DNA of 7,228 nucleotides from a virus (Duplodnaviria; Heunggongvirae; Uroviricota; Caudoviricetes): IMG/VR virus record IMGVR_UViG_2778261341_000003; one strand, 5' to 3'. Shown piece by piece: positions 1 to 7,228 of this stretch (position 1 is its first letter; each line of letters starts with the position of its first letter). The notes under the pieces were generated by a model. It saw only the letters and a program-made list of their open reading frames with translations, ran no database searches and was not told where the DNA came from. The position numbers and the translations under genes were made by a program.

Positions 1-46
1 GGCACTGGCTGAAATTGGTTTTGTATTTGGGGAGCAATGGCGATGA
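1..46 (+). CDS. 3' end of an upstream prophage gene (partial, 5' end outside window)
   Basis: Frame 2 is open from the window edge to TGA at 44-46 (..ALAEIGFVFGEQWR*). That stop overlaps the ATG at 43-45 of the next ORF (ATGA coupling). Too short to assign a function. Confidence 0.3.
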   Translation, partial: ALAEIGFVFGEQWR

Positions 47-228
47 CGCATCCTCACGATAATATCCGGGTAGGCGCAATCACTTTCGTCTACTCCGTTA
101 CAAAGCGAGGCTGGGTATTTCCCGGCCTTTCTGTTATCCGAAATCCCCTGAAAGCACAGCGGCTGGCTGAGGAGATAAATAATAAACGGGGGGGGGCTGT
201 ATGCACAAAGCATCTCCCGTTGAGTTAA
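43..228 (+). CDS. hypothetical small prophage protein (about 61 aa)
   Basis: ORF track 37..228; ATG at 43 is preferred because GGGGAG at 29-34 sits 8 nt upstream and it overlaps the upstream stop. Same strand as the rest of the operon. No recognisable motif. Confidence 0.35.
   Translation: MTHPHDNIRVGAITFVYSVTKRGWVFPGLSVIRNPLKAQRLAEEINNKRGGAVCTKHLPLS
188..196. repeat. G9 homopolymer tract
   Basis: Nine consecutive G at 188-196, inside the 3' end of ORF 43..228 and immediately upstream of ATG 201. Confidence 0.9.
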
Positions 229-392
229 GAACGAGTATCGAGATGGCACATAGCCTCGCTCAAATTGGAGTCAGGTTTGTGCCAATACCAGTAGAAACAG
301 ACGAAGAATTTCATACGTTAGCCGCATCCCTTTCACAAAAGCTGGAAATGATGGTGGCGAAAGCAGAAGCAGATGAGAGAGACCAGGTATGA
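201..392 (+). CDS. hypothetical small prophage protein (63 aa)
   Basis: ATG at 201 directly after the G-rich tract, stop TGA 390-392. Acidic C-terminus (..AKAEADERDQV). Internal ATG at 243 is an alternative start. Confidence 0.4.
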   Translation: MHKASPVELRTSIEMAHSLAQIGVRFVPIPVETDEEFHTLAASLSQKLEMMVAKAEADERDQV

Positions 393-468
393 CAACCACT
401 GAATGCATTTTTCTGGCAGCGGGCTTCATATTCTGTGTGCTTATGCTTGCCGACATGGGACTTGTTCA

Positions 469-684
469 ATGACACCTCAGCAGGAAAACGCCCTTCGCAG
501 CATTGCCCGTCAGGCTAATTCTGAAATCAAAAAAACCAGACAGCAGTTTCCGGATAAAAACGTCGATGACATTTGCCGTAGCGTACTGAAGAAGCACCGC
601 GAAACGGTAACGCTGATGGGATTCACACCGACTCATTTAAGCCTGGCAATCGGCATGTTAAACGGCGTCTTTAAGGAACGATGA
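469..684 (+). CDS. hypothetical prophage protein (71 aa from ATG 469; ORF track gives 403..684)
   Basis: Open frame 403..684; the first ATG is at 403, and the in-frame ATG at 469 (MTPQQENALRSIARQ..) is an equally plausible start. No family recognised. Confidence 0.4.
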   Translation: MTPQQENALRSIARQANSEIKKTRQQFPDKNVDDICRSVLKKHRETVTLMGFTPTHLSLAIGMLNGVFKER

Positions 685-704
685 ACATGAAAAGCAAAAT
701 TATC

Positions 705-727
705 AGGGAGCTACAGGCTCCTTTTTT
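705..727 (+). terminator. putative intrinsic terminator inside the early operon
   Basis: Hairpin with stem GGAGC (707-711) pairing GCTCC (717-721), extendable by A-T and G-T pairs, 5-nt loop, then a T6 run at 722-727. Lies between the ORF ending at 684 and the ORF starting at 783. Confidence 0.4.
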
Positions 728-782
728 ATTGCTCGCATTTACCCCCAAGCGTATTAACCAACAATTCAGGGATTAATGGAAG

Positions 783-1004
783 ATGGCAGACATCATTGAT
801 TCAGCATCAGAAATTGAAGAATTACAGCGCAACACAGCAATAAAAATGCGCCGCCTGAACCACCAGGCTGTATCTGCCACTCATTGTTGTGAGTGTGGCG
901 ATCCGATAGATGAACGAAGACGCTTGGCCGTTCAGGGTTGTCGGACTTGTGCAAGTTGCCAGGAGGATCTGGAACTTATCAGTAAACAGAGAGGTTCGAA
1001 GTGA
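783..1004 (+). CDS. TraR/DksA-family C4 zinc-finger protein (lambda Orf73-like)
   Basis: 73 aa with CxxC..(17 aa)..CxxC (CCECGDPIDERRRLAVQGCRTCASC), the pattern of TraR/DksA-type zinc fingers. Size and position match lambda Orf73. Stop overlaps the next gene's GTG start. Confidence 0.7.
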   Translation: MADIIDSASEIEELQRNTAIKMRRLNHQAVSATHCCECGDPIDERRRLAVQGCRTCASCQEDLELISKQRGSK

Positions 1005-2011
1005 GCGAAATTAACTCTCAGGCACTGCGTGAAGCGGCAGAGCAGGCAATGCATGACGACTGGGGATTTGACGCAGACCTTTTCCATGAATTGGTAACAC
1101 CATCGATTGTGCTGGAACTGCTGGATGAACGGGAAAGAAACCAGCAATACATCAAACGCCGCGACCAGGAGAACGAGGATATTGCGCTTACGGTTGGGAA
1201 GCTGCGCGTTGAGCTTGAAGCAGCAAAATCAAAACTCAACGAGCAGCGCGAGTATTACGAAGGCGTTATCGCGGATGGAAGTAAGCGCATCGCCAAAATG
1301 GAAGCAATCAAATCCGCTGCGGAAAAACTGGTTCGCTGTAAAGGCCGCTATCACAGTGAACAAAACTATCGTGCACTGGCTGCATTGTTTGGCATAACAG
1401 TGCCGGATTTACCGCCACTGGAAGTCGAACCAGCACTTTATATGAATCGATTTACCAGAAAGACATTCTCACTGGAAGAGCAACCAGGGGCAGATAAGGA
1501 ACCAGAAATATACATGCCGCTATACGCTGCTCCGCCAGCGCCGGTGGTGCCGGAAAAGTTGCCGCGTGAATACAGAAACGGTTGGCCTCTTGCGTATAGT
1601 GATTATGCTGAAGGATGGAACGATTGCCGCGAAGCCATGCTTCAGTCCGGAAACTTTCGCGAAAATACGAATTCATCAACCAATAATTTTCGGAAAATCC
1701 CGGAAACGTCAACCACCCCTCCGGTAACTCAGGCTCTTCTGCTTGGTGGTTTCACCATTGAGGATGCGAAGGAATTACATGAAGACCTGGTACGCAGCCA
1801 CATAAGCAAGGCCTTGAGTGGCGAAAATATGAAAAAGAAAGATCGCGATGCTGATTTGCGCTGGATTCATGGCGTTATAGTTCAGGCAGCGTGGTTTGTA
1901 AAAGCAACACTGGAGCAGAATGCACTATCGGGCAACTCTCCGGTAACTCCGGATAGTTGGATAAGCTGTAGTGAGCGAATGCCGGACGACAGGCAGGAGG
2001 TGAATCAATGA
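1001..2011 (+). CDS. Ea22-like prophage protein (336 aa)
   Basis: GTG start at 1001 with GAGG at 991-994, overlapping the upstream stop (GTGA). N-terminus MSEINSQALREAAEQAMHDDWGFDADLFHELVTPS.. followed by a charged, probably coiled-coil segment and a distinct C-terminal region, as in ead/Ea22-like proteins of lambdoid prophages. Position upstream of xis-int fits. Confidence 0.65.
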   Translation: MSEINSQALREAAEQAMHDDWGFDADLFHELVTPSIVLELLDERERNQQYIKRRDQENEDIALTVGKLRVELEAAKSKLNEQREYYEGVIADGSKRIAKMEAIKSAAEKLVRCKGRYHSEQNYRALAALFGITVPDLPPLEVEPALYMNRFTRKTFSLEEQPGADKEPEIYMPLYAAPPAPVVPEKLPREYRNGWPLAYSDYAEGWNDCREAMLQSGNFRENTNSSTNNFRKIPETSTTPPVTQALLLGGFTIEDAKELHEDLVRSHISKALSGENMKKKDRDADLRWIHGVIVQAAWFVKATLEQNALSGNSPVTPDSWISCSERMPDDRQEVNQ

Positions 2012-2091
2012 GCTGGCCTGATGCAATCGTAACTCTGGGGGTGGTATTCGCAGCAGCGTTTGTTGTGTTCTCGATTTGTCGATGGGGATAA
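2008..2091 (+). CDS. 27-aa hydrophobic single-helix peptide (MSWPDAIVTLGVVFAAAFVVFSICRWG), not in the ORF track
   Basis: ATG at 2008 overlaps the Ea22-like stop (ATGA). Perfect AGGAGG at 1995-2000 lies 7 nt upstream. TAA at 2089-2091 is 4 nt before the next ATG at 2096. Core of about 18 hydrophobic residues. Confidence 0.35.
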   Translation: MSWPDAIVTLGVVFAAAFVVFSICRWG

Positions 2092-2095
2092 CCAC

Positions 2096-2338
2096 ATGTT
2101 CGCTTTGATTCAACGCGGTCAGATATACACGGACAGAGCTGGATACCCCGTGGTGATTACTCGCATCACTGAGCACTCAGTGTTCTTTCGACGGATGGAC
2201 GGACGATCCGGGCGGGTACGCATTGGTGAGTTAAACTGCCTGTTCGAACATATTGACCACCAGGAGTACCGCAAAATTCTCGCGGACACTGAGCAGGAAA
2301 AGCACCTGAAAAAATTACGAGCCATAAAAAGGAAGTAA
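2096..2338 (+). CDS. small prophage protein, DUF4222-like (80 aa)
   Basis: ORF track 2060..2338 begins at a TTG; the first ATG is at 2096 (MFALIQRGQIYTDRAGYPVVITRITEHSVFFRR..). Pattern Y-x-D..G..V-V..........FRR resembles DUF4222 prophage proteins, from memory only. Basic C-terminal tail. Confidence 0.45.
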   Translation: MFALIQRGQIYTDRAGYPVVITRITEHSVFFRRMDGRSGRVRIGELNCLFEHIDHQEYRKILADTEQEKHLKKLRAIKRK

Positions 2339-2341
2339 AGA

Positions 2342-2431
2342 ATGAATAAAGCATTTGAACGATGGGTCCACCAGCGTTACGGCAATCGCTATGACCTGAC
2401 GCGAGATGTTGACGGCTTCTACTGTCGTTAA
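2342..2431 (+). CDS. 29-aa micro-ORF (MNKAFERWVHQRYGNRYDLTRDVDGFYCR), possible small protein or gene remnant
   Basis: ATG at 2342 with AAGGAAG at 2329-2335 (6-nt spacer), TAA at 2429-2431. Same strand as the operon; not in the ORF track. Confidence 0.2.
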   Translation: MNKAFERWVHQRYGNRYDLTRDVDGFYCR

Positions 2432-2494
2432 GTTGTGAAGCGAATGTTTGAAGTGTGGTGCCACTGCCGTGGATGAAAATTTTATGAGGTTGGC

Positions 2495-2749
2495 ATGCAG
2501 ACAATCATCTATCAGATAACCCCCAGCAAATGGTGTACGGAGAGAGTCCTCATTGCATCAACAGGGCTAAAGCCTGGCACCATTGAGCGGGCAAGAAGAA
2601 AGTCATGGATGCAGGGAAAAGAATACCGCCATTACGCTGTAGAAGGTGATCCGGGGCACTACAGTGAATGCCTGTACAACATCGAAGAAATTATGCGATG
2701 GATCGAAAACCAGAAACAACCAGGTGCCAAAAATGCAAGTTCCGGTTAA
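2495..2749 (+). CDS. xis: excisionase-like protein (Xis), 84 aa
   Basis: ATG 2495 with GAGG at 2486-2489. Lies immediately upstream of int, the canonical xis-int arrangement. Sequence (..KWCTERVLIASTGLKPGTIERARRKSWMQGKEYRHYAVEGDPGHYSECLYNIEEIMRWIE) resembles the excisionase-like family of enterobacterial prophages. Confidence 0.65.
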   Translation: MQTIIYQITPSKWCTERVLIASTGLKPGTIERARRKSWMQGKEYRHYAVEGDPGHYSECLYNIEEIMRWIENQKQPGAKNASSG

Positions 2750-2782
2750 CCTGTTAATGCTCCTGGACGTCTGGGAGGTTTA

Positions 2783-4069
2783 ATGAGTAACGCATCATAC
2801 CCGACAGGCGTTGAAAACCATGGCGGATCACTCCGCATATGGTTTCACTATAACGGCAAACGTGTCAGAGAAAACCTCGGTGTTCCTGACACCGCCAAAA
2901 ACCGGAAGATCGCAGGTGAACTTCGCACTTCCGTTTGTTTTGCAATCAGAATGGGGAGTTTCGACTACGCCGCGCAGTTCCCTAATTCCCCTAACCTGAA
3001 ACACTTTGGCTTGGGGAAAAGAGAGATAACAGTTAAGGCACTTTCGGAAAAATGGCTGGACCTTAAGAAAATAGAGATAGGAAGCAATGCATTCAGTCGG
3101 TATCAATCCGTAGTGAGAAACATGCTTCCTCGCATAGGGGAAAAACGTCTTGCTTCGTCTGTAACAAAGGAAGATTTACAGTTTATCAGGAAAGATTTGT
3201 TAACCGGGTATCATAATCTCTCTAATGGAAAAACAACGCCGGTTAAAGGGAGATCGGTAGTTACGGTTAATTACTACATGACGACAATTGCAGGAATGTT
3301 TCAATTTGCTGCTGATAACGGCTATATCGGGTCAAACCCATTTAACGGGCTGACACCATTAAAGAGATCAAGAACAGAGCCAGATCCGCTCACGCGTGAC
3401 GAATTTATTCGCTTTATTGATGCCTGTCACCATCAACAAACGAAAAACCTGTGGTCCTTAGCAGTATACACAGGCATTCGTCACGGTGAGCTAATAGCTC
3501 TCGCCTGGGAGGATATTGATTTAAAAGCTAAAACAATGACTATCCGTCGTAATTATACAAAACTCGGGGAGTTCACTCTACCAAAAACAGAGGCGGGAAC
3601 TGATCGTGTTATTCATCTTGTTCAACCAGCTGTTGATGCCCTGAAAAGCCAGGCTGAAATGACAAGGTTTGACCAGCAATATCAAATTGATGTCAAACTG
3701 CGGGAGTTCGGACGCAGCACAAGCCATGAATGCACGTTTGTTTTTAATCCGCAACTGGTGAAAAAATGCCAGCACGTCGGCCACCACTATAAAGCAGATT
3801 CCATCAGAGACTCCTGGGCATCTGCATTAAGGCGAGCAGGACTGCGGCACAGAAAAGCCTATCAGTCTAGGCATACTTATGCCTGCTGGGCATTATCGGC
3901 AGGAGCGAATCCAAGCTTCATAGCAAACCAAATGGGCCATGCAAATGCACAAATGGTATTCAACGTTTACGGTGCATGGATGGAAGATAACAATATCGGG
4001 CAAATAGAACTACTCAATAAGCAGTTGACAGAGAGTGTCCCATACATGCCCCATAGAGCCAGACTCTGA
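2783..4069 (+). CDS. int: phage tyrosine integrase (site-specific recombinase), 428 aa
   Basis: ATG 2783 with GGGAGG at 2773-2778. Catalytic signature present: TGIRHGE (Arg codon 3479-3481, residue 233), PKTEAG lysine, HxxR in ..RHRKAYQSRHTYA.., and tyrosine in ..MVFNVYGAW (TAC 3968-3970, residue 396). Ends next to the prophage/host junction. Confidence 0.93.
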   Translation: MSNASYPTGVENHGGSLRIWFHYNGKRVRENLGVPDTAKNRKIAGELRTSVCFAIRMGSFDYAAQFPNSPNLKHFGLGKREITVKALSEKWLDLKKIEIGSNAFSRYQSVVRNMLPRIGEKRLASSVTKEDLQFIRKDLLTGYHNLSNGKTTPVKGRSVVTVNYYMTTIAGMFQFAADNGYIGSNPFNGLTPLKRSRTEPDPLTRDEFIRFIDACHHQQTKNLWSLAVYTGIRHGELIALAWEDIDLKAKTMTIRRNYTKLGEFTLPKTEAGTDRVIHLVQPAVDALKSQAEMTRFDQQYQIDVKLREFGRSTSHECTFVFNPQLVKKCQHVGHHYKADSIRDSWASALRRAGLRHRKAYQSRHTYACWALSAGANPSFIANQMGHANAQMVFNVYGAWMEDNNIGQIELLNKQLTESVPYMPHRARL

Positions 4070-4850
4070 AATAATATCTTTAAATATCAGTTATTTTAAT
4101 GGTAGTTGCCGTCACATTAACTGCGTGGAGGGCAACACCACGCTTTACGCCCTGCCGAAACCCGAGGTTGTCCTGCGCTGGCGTGAACAGACCACAGATG
4201 ACTTCCGCTTCTGTTTTAAGTTTCCGGCGACCATTTCGCATCAGGCAGCATTACGACATTGCGATGATTTAGTGACTGAATTTTTGACCCGCATGTCACC
4301 GTTGGCTCCGCGCATTGGGCAATACTGGCTGCAACTGCCTGCCACATTCGGCCCACGGGAGCTGCCTGCGCTTTGGCATTTTCTCGATTCTCTCCCTGGC
4401 GAATTTAATTATGGTGTGGAAGTCCGCCATCCACAGTTTTTCGCCAAAGGGGAAGAGGAACAAACGCTTAATCGCGGTTTACATCAGCGCGGCGTTAATC
4501 GGGTGATTTTAGACAGCCGCCCGGTTCATGCAGCACGTCCACACAGTGAAGCTATTCGCGACGCTCAACGAAAAAAACCTAAAGTTCCGGTACATGCTGT
4601 ACTGACGGCGACAAATCCGCTGATCCGTTTTATCGGTAGTGATGATATGACGCAAAACCGGGAATTATTTCAGGTCTGGTTACAAAAATTAGCGCAGTGG
4701 CATCAGACCACTACGCCTTATCTTTTTTTACATACGCCAGACATTGCCCAGGCCCCGGAACTGGTACATACCCTGTGGGAAGACTTACGTAAAACGCTTC
4801 CAGAGATCGGAGCAGTTCCGGCTATTCCACAGCAATCTTCTCTTTTCTGA
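4035..4850 (+). CDS. yecE: YecE (DUF72 family), 5' end replaced by prophage sequence; probably disrupted
   Basis: From NCVEGNTTLYALPKPEVVLRWREQTTDDFRFCFKF.. onward it reads as YecE through the stop at 4848-4850. The first 30 or so residues (MSHTCPIEPDSEIISLNISYFNGSCRH) come from the int 3' end and att region and lack the conserved DUF72 N-terminal motif. The only upstream start is a GTG at 4035 with no well-spaced SD. Confidence 0.75.
   Translation: MSHTCPIEPDSEIISLNISYFNGSCRHINCVEGNTTLYALPKPEVVLRWREQTTDDFRFCFKFPATISHQAALRHCDDLVTEFLTRMSPLAPRIGQYWLQLPATFGPRELPALWHFLDSLPGEFNYGVEVRHPQFFAKGEEEQTLNRGLHQRGVNRVILDSRPVHAARPHSEAIRDAQRKKPKVPVHAVLTATNPLIRFIGSDDMTQNRELFQVWLQKLAQWHQTTTPYLFLHTPDIAQAPELVHTLWEDLRKTLPEIGAVPAIPQQSSLF
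4070..4130. other. prophage attachment junction (int-proximal att site), exact core not resolved
   Basis: AT-rich stretch aataatatctttaaatatcagttattttaatgg directly after the int stop, followed by sequence encoding the conserved YecE segment NCVEGNTTLYALPKPEVV. The core cannot be delimited without the other prophage end or an uninterrupted yecE. Confidence 0.4.
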
Positions 4851-4902
4851 ATTTGCCACCTATCATAGACAGGTGCCATCGGCCATTTTAAAGGGAGTTT
4901 GT

Positions 4903-7050
<2,148 letters not shown>

Positions 7051-7064
7051 AGGTCTGGTATTAC

Positions 7065-7100
7065 TGCCGGATGCGGCGTGAATGCCTTATCCGGCCTACA
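7065..7100. repeat. REP (repetitive extragenic palindromic) element
   Basis: tgccggatgcggcgtgaatgccttatccggcctaca is the canonical E. coli REP consensus (GCCGGATGCGGCG...CTTATCCGGCCTAC), located just after the cmoB stop. Confidence 0.75.
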
Positions 7101-7133
7101 AACCCTTGCTAATTCAATCTATTGCAGGGACTA

Positions 7134-7193
<60 letters not shown>

Positions 7194-7194
7194 G

Positions 7195-7228
<34 letters not shown>

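Larger units (their letters stand above)
1..4115. mobile_element. integrase-proximal end of a lambdoid prophage inserted in yecE
   Basis: Co-directional phage genes ending in xis-int. The host yecE reading frame begins abruptly within about 50 bp of the int stop. Sequence is AT-rich at 4070-4110, then host-like. The boundary coordinate is approximate. Confidence 0.8.

Noticed and set aside
687-776. 29-aa ORF MKSKIIRELQAPFLLLAFTPKRINQQFRD
   Set aside because: The same interval contains a good hairpin plus T-tract (705-727). The terminator reading is more economical, though a small protein is not excluded.
932-1239. Minus-strand ORFs 932..1147 (71 aa) and 1018..1239 (73 aa, serine-rich) antisense to the zinc-finger and Ea22-like genes
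   Set aside because: Entirely embedded antisense to better-supported plus-strand genes, with low-complexity composition and no ribosome-binding site. Typical shadow ORFs.
2060-2095. TTG start at 2060 for the DUF4222-like ORF (92-aa version)
   Set aside because: The ORF track counts alternative starts. The first ATG at 2096 sits 4 nt after the stop of the upstream micro-ORF, and the 2060 extension would overlap that micro-ORF.
1452-2504. Minus-strand ORFs 1452..1712, 1925..2176, 2119..2325 and 2166..2504
   Set aside because: They overlap the Ea22-like and DUF4222-like genes on the opposite strand and break the otherwise uniform co-directional operon. No start signals or recognisable motifs.
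2750-2782. Possible hairpin or terminator between xis and int (ctcctggacgtctgggagg)
   Set aside because: The arms are not true reverse complements and there is no T-tract. The GGGAGG here is better explained as the int ribosome-binding site.
2811-3787. ORFs inside int: 2811..2999 (+), 2828..3106 (-) and 3578..3787 (-)
   Set aside because: Nested within the integrase gene, which has a clear catalytic signature in its own frame. Out-of-frame or antisense shadow ORFs.
4070-4130. tRNA gene as the phage integration target
   Set aside because: Many integrases target tRNA genes, but the sequence flanking int encodes YecE protein sequence and shows no tRNA-like features. Integration is into a protein-coding gene.
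4315-4506. ORF 4315..4506 (+), 63 aa, inside yecE
   Set aside because: Out-of-frame ORF within the conserved yecE coding sequence.
4744-4902. Long 184-aa version of yecN starting at 4744
   Set aside because: It would overlap the last 107 bp of yecE and has no SD. ATG 4903 is preceded by AAGGGAG and gives the 131-aa protein expected for YecN.

Overview
The window is the junction between the integrase-proximal end of a lambdoid prophage (about 1-4115) and the E. coli-type chromosome (about 4115-7228). The prophage part is a single plus-strand run of small early-left-operon genes: several hypothetical proteins, a TraR/DksA-type C4 zinc-finger protein (lambda Orf73-like), a 336-aa Ea22-like protein, a DUF4222-like protein, an excisionase-like Xis and a 428-aa tyrosine integrase with intact catalytic residues. 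The integrase ends about 40-50 bp before the point where the sequence becomes the host gene yecE, whose conserved 5' end is missing, so the prophage appears to be inserted in yecE. Downstream are host genes yecN, cmoA and cmoB (overlapping ATGA), a REP element and an intrinsic terminator. I found no CRISPR array, tRNA or rRNA, and no recognisable defence or toxin system. The most unusual items are two micro-ORFs missed by the ORF track (one a 27-aa single-helix hydrophobic peptide with a perfect AGGAGG), a G9 homopolymer tract between two overlapping small ORFs, an intra-operon terminator, and apparent transcriptional continuity from int into yecN-cmoAB. All family assignments are from reading the translations and recall of known families; no searches were run.
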